Below are positions 9,228 through 18,773 of a DNA stretch of 64,000 nt, piece by piece. Every line of letters begins with the position of its first letter. The first letter of the stretch is position 1. The translations under genes and the position numbers were made by a program. The notes beneath the pieces were generated by a model. That model was not told the origin of the DNA. It saw only the letters and a program-made list of their open reading frames with translations, and did not search any database. Source of the stretch: Bacteroidales bacterium (GTDB taxonomy: Bacteria; Bacteroidota; Bacteroidia; Bacteroidales; UBA932); NCBI GenBank assembly GCA_045600965.1, contig JAZRYW010000050.1, positions 8,252 through 72,251 of the forward strand. Reading direction: 5' to 3'.

Positions 9228-10457
9228 ATGGACTCTCCTATCTTCACGCCCGTGACAATCGGGCCGGTAACATTGCGCAACAGGGTGATACGCTCTGCCG
9301 CATTCGAGAATATGGCATACGGCAACAGCCCTTCGAAGGACCTGTTCGACTATCATACGGCCGTTGCGCGCGGCGGCGTCGGAATGACCACCCTCGCCTA
9401 CGCCTCTGTGGCAAGGTCAGGGCTCTCTTTCGACGGGCAACTGTGGATGAGGCCTGAGATAGTCCCCGGTCTGAAGAAGATAACGGATGCCGTTCACGCA
9501 GAAGGGGCGAAGGCATCCATCCAGCTCGGCCACTGCGGGAATATGACTCACCGCGCCACCTGCGGCTGCACTCCGGTCGGGGCTTCATCAGGGTTCAATC
9601 TCTACTCACCCACCTTCGTCAGGGGCCTCAGGCGTGATGAGATAATGCAGTTGGTGAAGGATTTCGGCACCGCAGTCGGGCTCGCCCGGGATGCGGGTTT
9701 CGACTGCGTCGAGATTCACGCCGGACACGGCTACCTCATCAGTCAGTTCCTTTCGCCCTACACCAACCACCGCCACGATGAGTTCGGAGGCTCTTTGGAC
9801 AACAGGATGCGTTTTATGAGAATGGTCATCGGGGAGGTTATGCGGGTTGCCGGTAACGATATGGGAGTGATAGTGAAGATGAATATGCACGACGGCTTCC
9901 GCAAGGGTATGCAGACAGACGAGTGCATCGAAGTGGCGAAGGAACTCGAAAGGCTCTCAGTCCACGCCATCGTACTTTCGGCAGGGTTTGTCAGCAAGGC
10001 GCCTATGGAGGTTATGCGTGGAGCGATGCCTCTCAAGACCCTTTCCTACTATATGGATATGAGGAAGTTCTGGTGGCTCAAGGCCGGGCTTGGAATTGCC
10101 GGCAGGGCTATGATACCCACCGTCCCCTTCAAGGAGGCATATTTCCTCGAGGAGGCCCGAAAGTTCAGGGCCGCCGTGAAACTGCCTCTGATATATGTCG
10201 GAGGTCTGATATCGAAGGCCGCTATGGAGGAGGTGCTTGAAGCCGGTTTCCAGGGCCTGCAGGTTGCCCGTGCGCTGGTCCACGACACCGATTTCGTAAA
10301 CAAACTGCACAGCGGTGAGATAGAGTGCAGCGGATGCAGGCATTCCAACTACTGTATCGGCCGTATGTACACTCTTGAAATGAAGTGCCATCACTGCGTG
10401 GATAACCTGCCTGAAAAACTCCGCAGGGAGGTGGAAAAGGCCGAGAGGACATTATGA
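9228..10457 (+). CDS. Old-Yellow-Enzyme family NADH:flavin oxidoreductase (2,4-dienoyl-CoA-reductase-like N-domain with Cys cluster)
   Basis: ORF 9228..10457. HAGHGYLISQFLSP and DEFGGSLDNRMRF motifs. C-terminal CSGC..C..CHHC cluster. Confidence 0.85.
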   Translation: MDSPIFTPVTIGPVTLRNRVIRSAAFENMAYGNSPSKDLFDYHTAVARGGVGMTTLAYASVARSGLSFDGQLWMRPEIVPGLKKITDAVHAEGAKASIQLGHCGNMTHRATCGCTPVGASSGFNLYSPTFVRGLRRDEIMQLVKDFGTAVGLARDAGFDCVEIHAGHGYLISQFLSPYTNHRHDEFGGSLDNRMRFMRMVIGEVMRVAGNDMGVIVKMNMHDGFRKGMQTDECIEVAKELERLSVHAIVLSAGFVSKAPMEVMRGAMPLKTLSYYMDMRKFWWLKAGLGIAGRAMIPTVPFKEAYFLEEARKFRAAVKLPLIYVGGLISKAAMEEVLEAGFQGLQVARALVHDTDFVNKLHSGEIECSGCRHSNYCIGRMYTLEMKCHHCVDNLPEKLRREVEKAERTL

Positions 10458-11218
10458 ATGCTCTGATAACAGGCGGAAGTTCCGGAATGGGACTCGAATA
10501 CGCACGGCAGCTTGCCGTGAAGGGCTGCAGGCTGCTCATTGTAAGCAACCGTGAGGACGAACTGCAGCAGGCCCGAGGTATGCTCATATCCACATACGGC
10601 GCTGACGTGATTGCGCACTGCGCCGACCTTGCGGCCCCCGACGCCGCCGATGCGCTCCACCGGTGGTGCGCGGGAATCGGTTTCATCCCTGACATCCTCA
10701 TCAACAACGCGGGGATGTTCTTCTGGAAGGAACTCGAGCCGGCCGACCTGCCGCGTGCCGAAGCCATAATGCATCTGCATATGCACACGCCCACCCGGCT
10801 TTGCATACTTTTCGGTGACGATATGAAGAAACGCGGCTCGGGTTACATACTCAATATGGCATCGATGGCAGCCGAACTGCCCGTCCCGGGCATCACGCTC
10901 TATTCAGCCACCAAGGCCTATCTGAAGAGCTTCGGCAAGTCGCTCCACTTTGAGATGCGCCCCTATGGGATCGGCGTCACGACCGTATGCCCCGCAGCCA
11001 TCGCCACCCCCCTCTACAAGCTGAAGCCCAGCCTTATGGACTTCGGGGTGAAGATCGGTGTCATCAAGACTCCGCGATGGCTCGTAAAGAAGGCGCTCAA
11101 GGGGATGTTCAAGCGCCGCAGGTGCGTTGCGCCGGGATTTATGAACATATATCTCCCTCCCCTGATAGCCATCCTGCCCCACCGGGCCGTCGACAGACTA
11201 TGGAAAAGGTTCAGATAG
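10454..11218 (+). CDS. Short-chain dehydrogenase/reductase (SDR)
   Basis: ORF 10454..11218. TGGSSGMG cofactor motif and YSATK (YxxxK) catalytic motif. ATGA overlap with the upstream gene. Confidence 0.85.
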   Translation: MNALITGGSSGMGLEYARQLAVKGCRLLIVSNREDELQQARGMLISTYGADVIAHCADLAAPDAADALHRWCAGIGFIPDILINNAGMFFWKELEPADLPRAEAIMHLHMHTPTRLCILFGDDMKKRGSGYILNMASMAAELPVPGITLYSATKAYLKSFGKSLHFEMRPYGIGVTTVCPAAIATPLYKLKPSLMDFGVKIGVIKTPRWLVKKALKGMFKRRRCVAPGFMNIYLPPLIAILPHRAVDRLWKRFR

Positions 11219-11928
11219 CGGCGGTGCTCAACCTCACGCCCGACTCGTTCTGCTCCCGGAGCAGGACCACCTCCGCAGAGGAGGCGGCCTTGCGTATGCT
11301 CCGTATGGCGGAAGAAGGGGTGGACATAATTGACATAGGTGCGGTCAGCACCCGTCCCGGCGCCGGGTATGTAAACCCCGGGGAGGAATGGTCACGGCTC
11401 GAGAGCGTCATCACCAACCTTTCGCTCGGGAAGCCCTCACTTCCAGGAAACATACGGATATCCATCGACACCACCCGCAGCGCAACGGTCAGAAAAGTTC
11501 ACGGCCTTATAGGCGACATCATAGTCAATGACATATCCGCCGGAGAGGATGACCCCCTTATGCTTTCCACTGCGGCAGAACTCGGCCTGACCTTCATAGC
11601 GATGCACCGAAGGGGCGATCCGCGTACAATGGACAGCCTCTGCGACTATCCTCAGGGCGTAGTGAGGGCTGTCACGGACTATTTCAGGGATTTCGAGGCA
11701 AGGGCTGCGGAGGCCGGTCTGAAAGACTGGATACTCGACCCGGGATTCGGATTTGCCAAGACCGACAGGCAGAACATCGAACTGCTTGAGAATCTGGGCG
11801 TCTTCCTTCAGTTCGGGCGTCCCGTCCTGGCAGGAATTGCCGACAAGCGCTTCACTCACGGACGCACAAAAGAATTCGAGGCCCTCGCCATTCGTAACGG
11901 AGCCTCGATAATCAGGATTCACTTATAG
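11200..11928 (+). CDS. folP: Dihydropteroate synthase (compact, 242 aa)
   Basis: ORF 10987..11928 trimmed to ATG 11200 (MEKVQIAAVLNLTPDSF). DIGAVSTRPG and DPGFGFAK motifs. Overlaps the SDR stop by 19 nt. Confidence 0.75.
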   Translation: MEKVQIAAVLNLTPDSFCSRSRTTSAEEAALRMLRMAEEGVDIIDIGAVSTRPGAGYVNPGEEWSRLESVITNLSLGKPSLPGNIRISIDTTRSATVRKVHGLIGDIIVNDISAGEDDPLMLSTAAELGLTFIAMHRRGDPRTMDSLCDYPQGVVRAVTDYFRDFEARAAEAGLKDWILDPGFGFAKTDRQNIELLENLGVFLQFGRPVLAGIADKRFTHGRTKEFEALAIRNGASIIRIHL

Positions 11929-11940
11929 GAAAACCTCGTC

Positions 11941-12924
11941 CTATTCCCACTCTATGGTGCCTGTAGGCTTGGGAGTGAGGTCGAAGAGCACGCGGTTCAC
12001 TCCGGGCACCTCGGCGGTGATGCGGCGGGTGATGTGGCAGAGAAGTTCGAAAGGCACATCCTCCACGGTTGCGGTCATTGCGTCACGGGTGTTGACGGCA
12101 CGGATGATTACCGGCCAGTCATAGGTACGCCTGCCATCCTTCACGCCGGTTGACTTGAAGTCGGGAACCACGGTGAAATACTGCCATACCTTGCCTTCCA
12201 GGCCGTTCTTTGCAAATTCCTCACGGAGTATGGCGTCGGAAGAGCGGACTGCTTCGAGACGGTCGCGGGTGATTGCGCCGGTGCAGCGGACGCCGAGCCC
12301 GGGGCCGGGGAAGGGCTGACGGAACACCATATTGTCAGGAAGGCCGAGAGCCTTGCCGACCACTCTCACCTCATCCTTGAAGAGAAGTTTGATGGGCTCC
12401 ACCAGTTCGAACTTGAAATCGTCGGGAAGGCCGCCGACATTGTGATGTGACTTGACGCCGTCAGATTCGAGAATGTCGGGGTAGATGGTGCCCTGCGCGA
12501 GGAATTCGATGCCATCCAGCTTGCGGGCCTCCTCCTCGAAGACGCGGATGAACTCGCCGCCTATGATCTTACGCTTCTTCTCGGGATCCTCCACGCCTGC
12601 CAGCGCGTCCAGGAAACGGTCAACGGCATCGACATATATCAGATTGGCATTCATCCTGTTGCGGAAAACATCGACAACCTGTTCGGGTTCTCCCTTGCGC
12701 AGGAGCCCGTGATTGACGTGAACGCAGACCAGCTGACGGCCGACCGCCTTTATCAGCAGCGCTGCGACCACCGAGGAATCCACACCGCCCGAAAGGGCCA
12801 GGAGGACCTTGCGGTCACCCACCTGCCTGCGGATTTGGTCTGTCTGTTCGGAAATGAATTGTTCTGCGAGTTCCTGAGTGGTTATGCGGACCATATTCTC
12901 AGGGCGGATGTCTGTATTTGCCAT
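11941..12924 (-). CDS. guaA: GMP synthase ATP-pyrophosphatase/dimerisation part only (no GATase domain)
   Basis: ORF 11941..12999 trimmed to ATG 12924 (MANTDIRPEN). PP-loop SGGVDSSV and C-terminal KPTGTIEWE typical of GuaA. The region upstream of 12924 is promoter (TATATTTG box). Confidence 0.85.
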   Translation of the reverse strand: MANTDIRPENMVRITTQELAEQFISEQTDQIRRQVGDRKVLLALSGGVDSSVVAALLIKAVGRQLVCVHVNHGLLRKGEPEQVVDVFRNRMNANLIYVDAVDRFLDALAGVEDPEKKRKIIGGEFIRVFEEEARKLDGIEFLAQGTIYPDILESDGVKSHHNVGGLPDDFKFELVEPIKLLFKDEVRVVGKALGLPDNMVFRQPFPGPGLGVRCTGAITRDRLEAVRSSDAILREEFAKNGLEGKVWQYFTVVPDFKSTGVKDGRRTYDWPVIIRAVNTRDAMTATVEDVPFELLCHITRRITAEVPGVNRVLFDLTPKPTGTIEWE

Positions 12925-12944
12925 ATCGTATTCGTTTTGATGCG

Positions 12945-12952
12945 CAAATATA
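12945..12952 (-). promoter_or_regulatory. -7 box TATATTTG for the guaA-type gene
   Basis: Exact TAnnTTTG on the minus strand, 20 nt upstream of ATG 12924. Confidence 0.45.
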
Positions 12953-12972
12953 GAAAACTTCGCAAAACAAGT

Positions 12973-12980
12973 TATCTTTG
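12973..12980 (+). promoter_or_regulatory. -7 box TATCTTTG for the SPFH gene
   Basis: Exact TAnnTTTG, 23 nt upstream of ATG 13004. Confidence 0.5.
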
Positions 12981-13003
12981 TGGAAACAAAAAAAGGCAAC
13001 GCT

Positions 13004-13834
13004 ATGAAAAAAGTTCATTTCATCTCACTGGGCAGCGCAATCATCATCATCCTGGTGATGGTTTCCTGCTGCACCACCATCGACTCCGCATCAGTCGGTA
13101 TCCGTTTCAAGAAATGGTCGTCCAACGAAAACCTGCGCGGCGGTGTGGAAGGCACCTGCAAGGGATGGGTATGGTTCAACCCCATCACGGAGCAGATATT
13201 CGAATACCCGACCTACGTCCAGCGTCTGACATACGATCCGTTCACCGTCAACCCCAAGGACGGTTCGATATTCTCCATGACCCCCACCCTGGCCTATCAG
13301 ATTGATGAAAGCAAGGTTACGGAAATCTTCATCAAATACCGAAAGCCCGTGCGCGACCTCGAGCGGGGCTATATAAACACCTGCATATTCGAGGCCTACC
13401 GCACCTGCGCCAACAACTACACTTCCGACGAACTGATGGCCAACCGCGCCCGTTTCGAGACGGAGGTCCGCTCGCGCCTTGACGAATCGATGTCGCAGGA
13501 AGGATTCATCGTGCGTGAGTTCACCACCAAGATCGATCCGCCCGCATCACTCACAGAGGCCATCAATGCCAAGAACGAAGCCACCCAGAATGCTCTCAAG
13601 GCTGAAAACCGCGTGAAGGAGGCCGAGGCCGAGGCGAAGATCGCCATAGCGAAGGCCGAAGGCGAGGCACAGGCCCTGAAGATTCAGGGTGACGGCGAAG
13701 CCTACTACAACAGGGTCGTGGCCGCATCCCTCAACGACCTTCTGGTGCGACAGTACGCCGTAGAGAAATGGAACGGAGAACTTCCCACCTACAACGGTGG
13801 CGGAGCCCTTCCATTCCTGAACATAACAAAATAG
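13004..13834 (+). CDS. SPFH/prohibitin (band 7) family lipoprotein
   Basis: ORF 12980..13834 trimmed to MKKVHF at 13004. Lipobox-like VMVSCC. SPFH core followed by an Ala/Glu-rich coiled coil (KEAEAEAKIAIAKAEGEAQA). Confidence 0.8.
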   Translation: MKKVHFISLGSAIIIILVMVSCCTTIDSASVGIRFKKWSSNENLRGGVEGTCKGWVWFNPITEQIFEYPTYVQRLTYDPFTVNPKDGSIFSMTPTLAYQIDESKVTEIFIKYRKPVRDLERGYINTCIFEAYRTCANNYTSDELMANRARFETEVRSRLDESMSQEGFIVREFTTKIDPPASLTEAINAKNEATQNALKAENRVKEAEAEAKIAIAKAEGEAQALKIQGDGEAYYNRVVAASLNDLLVRQYAVEKWNGELPTYNGGGALPFLNITK

Positions 13835-13871
13835 GAAGTTGTTCGTCTTTATTAAGAATTCAAGTTTCGTT

Positions 13872-14675
13872 ATGAAAGCATTCATTACATTCGCCGCCGT
13901 TCTGGCAGCCTCATTCTCCAGCCTTTTGTCCTGCTTCCCCAGCAATACGTCAGCGGAGTCGGGCAAGGTGTTCGAAAAGGAGTACACTTTCGGATATTTC
14001 AATGAAATCAAGGTCGGGAGCGCCTTTGAGGTGAACCTTGTCAAGGGCGACACCTACAGGGTGTATGTCTCCGTCCCCGAAGCGTTCGAGAAGAGTCTCG
14101 TCGTCAAGGTCAACGGGGAAGAACTGACCGTAAGGATGAAGGACGGCTTCAATGTCAGGAAGTTCTCCTTCAGGGATCTGAAATTCAAGGCCACGGTCAC
14201 GGTTCCCGAATTCAAGGAAATAGAACTGTCAGGCGCGTCCGAACTCTTCTGCAACGATACCTTCAACGGCAGTGAAGTATATGTCGGATGTTCCGGCGCA
14301 AGCCACGTGGAAAAGCTCTGCTTGAACTGCAACTCCCTTGATATAGAGTGTTCAGGGGCATCCAGGGTCAGGATTGAGGCCAACTGCCACGAGGCCGATG
14401 TCGAATGTTCCGGCGCAAGCAAAGTCATACTTGAAGGCTCCGCCGACAAATTTGAGATAGAATGCTCGGGTGCATCCTCCTGTGACGCTGAAAAGTTCGA
14501 AGCGCACAGAGTGTCCGTGGACAACTCCGGCGCTTCGTCTTCTACGGTCTTCGCTCTGGAGGCTATGAAGGTGGAACTCTCCGGCGCTTCAACCTGCCGC
14601 TACAGGGCGGGCGTGAACACAAACCTCAACGTCATCGAGATCTCCGGGGCGAGCTCCCTCAAGAGAATCGATTAG
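13872..14675 (+). CDS. DUF2807 / head-GIN-domain (putative adhesin-like beta-helix) protein
   Basis: ORF 13839..14675 trimmed to MKAFITF at 13872. Signal peptide. About 8 repeats built around SGAS (ELSGAS, GCSGAS, ECSGAS...). Confidence 0.65.
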   Translation: MKAFITFAAVLAASFSSLLSCFPSNTSAESGKVFEKEYTFGYFNEIKVGSAFEVNLVKGDTYRVYVSVPEAFEKSLVVKVNGEELTVRMKDGFNVRKFSFRDLKFKATVTVPEFKEIELSGASELFCNDTFNGSEVYVGCSGASHVEKLCLNCNSLDIECSGASRVRIEANCHEADVECSGASKVILEGSADKFEIECSGASSCDAEKFEAHRVSVDNSGASSSTVFALEAMKVELSGASTCRYRAGVNTNLNVIEISGASSLKRID

Positions 14676-16021
14676 GACAGTTCCTCTGCAAGGGAATCCG
14701 CTGAAACCTGTCGCTGCTCGCCGCTCGACAGGTTTTTCAGTGTAACACAACCCGCCGCGAGTTCATCACCGCCCACAATGGCAAGATAAGGTATCGCCTT
14801 GCGGTCGGCATATTCGAACTGCTTCCTGAGCTTGGCATTCTCGGGATATATCTCACAGCCGATTCCTGCGGCACGCAGGTTTTTCATAAGTCTGAGGCAG
14901 AAGTTTCTCTCCTCCACGCCCATATTGGTGAACAGCACCCTGACTCCGGCAACGGCATCCTTGGGGAACCTGTCAAGGCCTTTGAGGACATCGTAGATGC
15001 GGTCGGCTCCGAAGGATATGCCCACACCGGACATACCGGGAAGGCCGAAAATGCCTGTCAGGTCGTCGTAGCGTCCGCCTCCGCAGATGCTGCCTATCTC
15101 GAAATCGAGAGCCTTGACCTCGAATATCGCTCCGGTGTAGTAGTTCAGTCCGCGGGCCAGGGAAAGGTCCATCTCCACCTTCTGTGAGATGCCTGCGGCA
15201 TCGACGAGGCAGAAGAGTTCCTCAAGTTCCGCCAGGCCCTTGAGACCTGTCGTGGAGGACGCAAGGACGCCCTTCATCACCTCCATCTTGGAGGCCGTCG
15301 TACCGCTGAGGGTCAGGACAGGTTCGATGACCGCTATCTGAGCGGCGCTCAGGCCGCGTGAAGAGAGTTCCTCCTTCACCGCATCGAGGCCTATCTTGTC
15401 CATCTTGTCTATGGCCACGGTGACATCGATGAGCTTGTCGGGGCAGCCGGCCACTTCAGCAAGGCCGGAAAGTATCTTGCGGTTGTTGACCTTGATGCAT
15501 ACATTCACGCCGAAACGCCCGAAGACCATATCGACCATCTGTATCATCTCGAGTTCGTTCACCAGACTGGGGCTGCCTATCACATCCACGTCGCACTGGT
15601 AGAATTCGCGGTAACGGCCCTTCTGCGGTCTGTCGGCGCGCCATACGGGCTGCATCTGACAGCGTTTGAAGGGGAAGGCCAACGAGTCCCTGTGCTGCAC
15701 CACGAAACGGGCGAAGGGAACGGTAAGGTCATAGCGCAGGCCCTTCTCGCACACTTTCATTGAAAGGGCGTTGCTGCCCAGCGAGAAGTCTGCGTCGGCG
15801 AATGCGTCGCCGGAGTTCAGAATCTTGAAGAGGAGCTTGTCCCCCTCATCACCATACTTGCCCAGCAGCGTGGAGAGGTTCTCCATAGCCGGAGTCTCGA
15901 TGGGCGAGTAGCCGAAGAGCTTGAATACGGATCGTATTGTGTCGAAAATATAGTTGCGGAGGGCCATCTCAGCCGGTCCGAAATCACGTGTCCCCTTTGG
16001 TATCGAAGGTTTCTGAGCCAT
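14672..16021 (-). CDS. hisS: Histidine--tRNA ligase
   Basis: ORF 14672..16039, probable start [14 protein letters not shown] at 16021. Class II aaRS motifs. Confidence 0.9.
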   Translation of the reverse strand: MAQKPSIPKGTRDFGPAEMALRNYIFDTIRSVFKLFGYSPIETPAMENLSTLLGKYGDEGDKLLFKILNSGDAFADADFSLGSNALSMKVCEKGLRYDLTVPFARFVVQHRDSLAFPFKRCQMQPVWRADRPQKGRYREFYQCDVDVIGSPSLVNELEMIQMVDMVFGRFGVNVCIKVNNRKILSGLAEVAGCPDKLIDVTVAIDKMDKIGLDAVKEELSSRGLSAAQIAVIEPVLTLSGTTASKMEVMKGVLASSTTGLKGLAELEELFCLVDAAGISQKVEMDLSLARGLNYYTGAIFEVKALDFEIGSICGGGRYDDLTGIFGLPGMSGVGISFGADRIYDVLKGLDRFPKDAVAGVRVLFTNMGVEERNFCLRLMKNLRAAGIGCEIYPENAKLRKQFEYADRKAIPYLAIVGGDELAAGCVTLKNLSSGEQRQVSADSLAEELS

Positions 16022-16028
16022 TATTCCA

Positions 16029-16367
16029 CTATTTATCATTCTTGTCAGGGGCAGGCTTCTGAACTTCTTCAGCGCTGAATCCCTGTTTCACTATTGCAAC
16101 TGCAAGCGCCTCCTTGTCGGTTTTGGAAGCATCATACTTGAACCATACGGTCCTGTCATCAAGATTGACCTTCAGGTCCTTCACGCCCTTTTCATAAGGG
16201 AGAAGGGCCTCGAGCTTCTTCACGCAGTTGGCGCAGTCGATGCTGGTTATGAATGTAACCTCCTGAAGGTCAGCGGAAGCCTTCTTCTGCTGCTTCTGGG
16301 CCGATGCGGGGAAGGAAACGCCTGCCACAAGGAAAAGGGCAGCTGCAAGAGTCAAAAATCTTTTCAT
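16029..16367 (-). CDS. Secreted heavy-metal-associated (HMA) domain protein
   Basis: ORF 16029..16442 trimmed to [16 protein letters not shown] at 16367. CANC (CxxC) metal motif in a ~70-aa ferredoxin-like domain. Lies directly downstream of the TonB-dependent receptor. Confidence 0.7.
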   Translation of the reverse strand: MKRFLTLAAALFLVAGVSFPASAQKQQKKASADLQEVTFITSIDCANCVKKLEALLPYEKGVKDLKVNLDDRTVWFKYDASKTDKEALAVAIVKQGFSAEEVQKPAPDKNDK

Positions 16368-16378
16368 ATCGTTGTATG

Positions 16379-18622
16379 TTATTCTTTCCAAATTGTCAAG
16401 CGCAGTCCGGCATAAAACTTTGCGCCCATAAGGGGGCCCCATACCACTGATGCGTTGAAATCCCGGGAGAAGGGATCCCCGGAGGAGATGATGGCGTTCT
16501 CCTGACGGAAACCGGTGAGGTTCTCTCCGCCCACATAGACGTCAAAGTTACGGAATTTTCTGGTTACCTGCGCGAAAAGCTGCGGATAAACGGGGGTCTG
16601 CTCCATCCCGTAGGCAACTGAGGCAAAGCGGGGAAGTTTCATCGGACCGTTGATCTGCGCAGTGAAGTCGAATATCCACTTGTTCATAGGAAGGGCATAC
16701 TGCACGTTGAGCACGCCCTTGAAACGGCTCGTCATAGGGCGCTCAACGAGGCCCTGCCCATGAAGAGTCACCTTGGATTCGGTATATCTGAAGGTTGCCA
16801 CGAAGTTCAGCCTTTCGACGGGAGTCACAGAAAAATCCGCCTGGAAGGTGTTGGTGTATGCCCGGCCGTCGAGATTATAGAAGACAACGGCATTCGGAAG
16901 GAGTTCCTGGTCGGCGATGACCTGGCTGTTGAAGGAACTGTGGAACCAGTCGATACTGACCGAGTTGTTTTCACCCTCACCGAAAGGAAGGTAGGCCGTG
17001 AGGTTGCCTCCGAAAGTCCAGGCGTCCTCAAGGTCGGGACTTTCATACTGACTTATGAAGCTGTAGCCGGTCGAAAGCGCACCCAGGTTGTCGGCAAGGA
17101 CGGCTGGGGAGCGGAATCCGCGGCCTGCGGAGGCGCGGAAGACGAGGTCGTCGGTGAAATTGTACCTGACATTGGCGCGCGGAGCGAAAAGCAGCCCATA
17201 CACGCTGCTCCAGTCCACACGGGCGCCGGCGACCACGGTCACCTTGTCACCGTAGAGATAGGTGTATTCGCCGAATGCTCCGGTCAGGACCTCGCGTCTG
17301 GCATCGAGCCATTCCTGTTCGGGGCCGGAGGGCCTTCCATCAGGAAGGGGTGAAGTCCGGGTCTGCTCCGAGGAGTCGTCATAACGCAGCGACAGACCGG
17401 CCGTGAAGTGGTGGTTCCCGTTGTCCTGATTCTGGTAGAGAAGGTTAGCCAGACCGCTTGAAAGGCCTGAGTTGTAGGGACGCCTGCCGAATGAGCTTCG
17501 GGACTCATAGCGTGACCAGTCGAGAACAAGGGCAATGTTGGACGTGTTGTCGGCGTTCAGGGGTATGCCCAGCTTGCTGTAGGCATTGTAGTAGCCGTTG
17601 TGTATGTCGGACCGCCACAGGACGTCGGAGGGGCCGTTGCCCGACATCTGGCCTCCGGTGCGTCTGTCGTCGAGTATCTGCACTCCGAAGCGCCACTGCA
17701 CGCCGCCGGCGGGGGCATAGAGCCAGCGGCTTGAGAAATTGACGTGGGTCTTCAGGGGGTCATCCATAAAGCCGTCGGAGTTGTGGTCCATCTCCTTGAA
17801 CTGGCGGGAGAAGTGGATGAGATTGACCGTGCTCCAGGAGGATCCGAACTGCAGCGACGAGGCGGCGTTGCCCTCGAGCATCGAATCCGAACTGCCGTAG
17901 AGCTGAAGGAAGAAGGGCTTCTCATCCGTAGGCTTGCGGTGTTCCACGTTTATCTGGCCCGTGATGGCTTCAAAGCCGTTTATCACCGAAGAAGGGCCCT
18001 TTGCTATCTGTATGCTTTCCAGCCACTGCCCCGGCACGTAGGACATACCGAAAGGAGAGGCCACGCCCCGCATCACGGGTCGGTTTTCATCGAGCATCTG
18101 GGTGTAGGAGCCGGAGAGCCCGAGCAGCTTTATCTGCTTTGCTCCTGTCACGGCATCGGCATAGCCGACCGTGACAGAGGCGGAGTTCTCGAAACTTTCC
18201 GAAAGATTGCAGCAGGCCATCTTGCAGATGCCTGCGGCGGTGATCACCTCGGTGCGTATGCCTGACATACGGGATATGTAATTGCCCTCCTGACGGCCTA
18301 TGACGCGGCTTTCGGAGAGAAGGTTCTCACCGTTTATGTAGAATTCGAGGGAGGTCAGGCCCCTGGAATAGAACAGCGTGTCCTTCGTATAACCGACATA
18401 AGTGGCTACGAGCGTCGCGTTTTCAGCGCCTGCGGCGTTGAAGATGATGCGGCCGTCCCCATCGGCTTCGATCAGCCTGCCCTGTTCAAGCCAGAAAACC
18501 TGGGCGAAGGGCAGAGGCTCGGGCTTTGATGAGGATGCATCGTAGACCGTTCCGGGAATATATTGGGAGTAGGCCCCTACAGCGAGGAACAGGAAGAAAA
18601 AAAGCGCTGCGAACCTTTTCAT
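16379..18622 (-). CDS. TonB-dependent receptor with N-terminal carboxypeptidase-regulatory-like domain
   Basis: ORF 16379..18622, 747 aa. Signal peptide, plug region (ICKMACCNLSESFENSASV), beta-barrel pattern. C-terminal LRLTIWKE. Confidence 0.85.
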   Translation of the reverse strand: MKRFAALFFFLFLAVGAYSQYIPGTVYDASSSKPEPLPFAQVFWLEQGRLIEADGDGRIIFNAAGAENATLVATYVGYTKDTLFYSRGLTSLEFYINGENLLSESRVIGRQEGNYISRMSGIRTEVITAAGICKMACCNLSESFENSASVTVGYADAVTGAKQIKLLGLSGSYTQMLDENRPVMRGVASPFGMSYVPGQWLESIQIAKGPSSVINGFEAITGQINVEHRKPTDEKPFFLQLYGSSDSMLEGNAASSLQFGSSWSTVNLIHFSRQFKEMDHNSDGFMDDPLKTHVNFSSRWLYAPAGGVQWRFGVQILDDRRTGGQMSGNGPSDVLWRSDIHNGYYNAYSKLGIPLNADNTSNIALVLDWSRYESRSSFGRRPYNSGLSSGLANLLYQNQDNGNHHFTAGLSLRYDDSSEQTRTSPLPDGRPSGPEQEWLDARREVLTGAFGEYTYLYGDKVTVVAGARVDWSSVYGLLFAPRANVRYNFTDDLVFRASAGRGFRSPAVLADNLGALSTGYSFISQYESPDLEDAWTFGGNLTAYLPFGEGENNSVSIDWFHSSFNSQVIADQELLPNAVVFYNLDGRAYTNTFQADFSVTPVERLNFVATFRYTESKVTLHGQGLVERPMTSRFKGVLNVQYALPMNKWIFDFTAQINGPMKLPRFASVAYGMEQTPVYPQLFAQVTRKFRNFDVYVGGENLTGFRQENAIISSGDPFSRDFNASVVWGPLMGAKFYAGLRLTIWKE

Positions 18623-18657
18623 TATGTATCTGTTTAGTCATTCTTATAAAATAACTT

Positions 18658-18773
18658 GGTAATCTTTATGAGTCTTGTTTCGTCCTTTGAATTTGTCATT
18701 CAGTCACGTAGCCCGCTACGCTCCTTCATTTCGCATTCAAAATCCATAAACAATCCTTCATAAATCTTTTACC
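18658..18773. mobile_element. 116-nt palindromic MITE-like element flanked by a 5-bp direct repeat (AACTT on plus strand at 18653-18657 and 18774-18778)
   Basis: Imperfect terminal inverted repeats: GGTAATCTTTATGAG vs the reverse complement of TTCATAAATCTTTTACC. Nested internal palindrome centred on CGTAGC-cc-GCTACG (18707-18720). An uninterrupted paralogous flank lies at 54394-54439. Confidence 0.6.

Noticed and set aside
14200-14650. Periodic SGAS-encoding repeats, considered as a possible repeat array
   Set aside because: The repeats are in frame within the DUF2807/head-GIN beta-helix protein. They are degenerate at the DNA level and represent structural protein repeats, not CRISPR or tandem DNA repeats.
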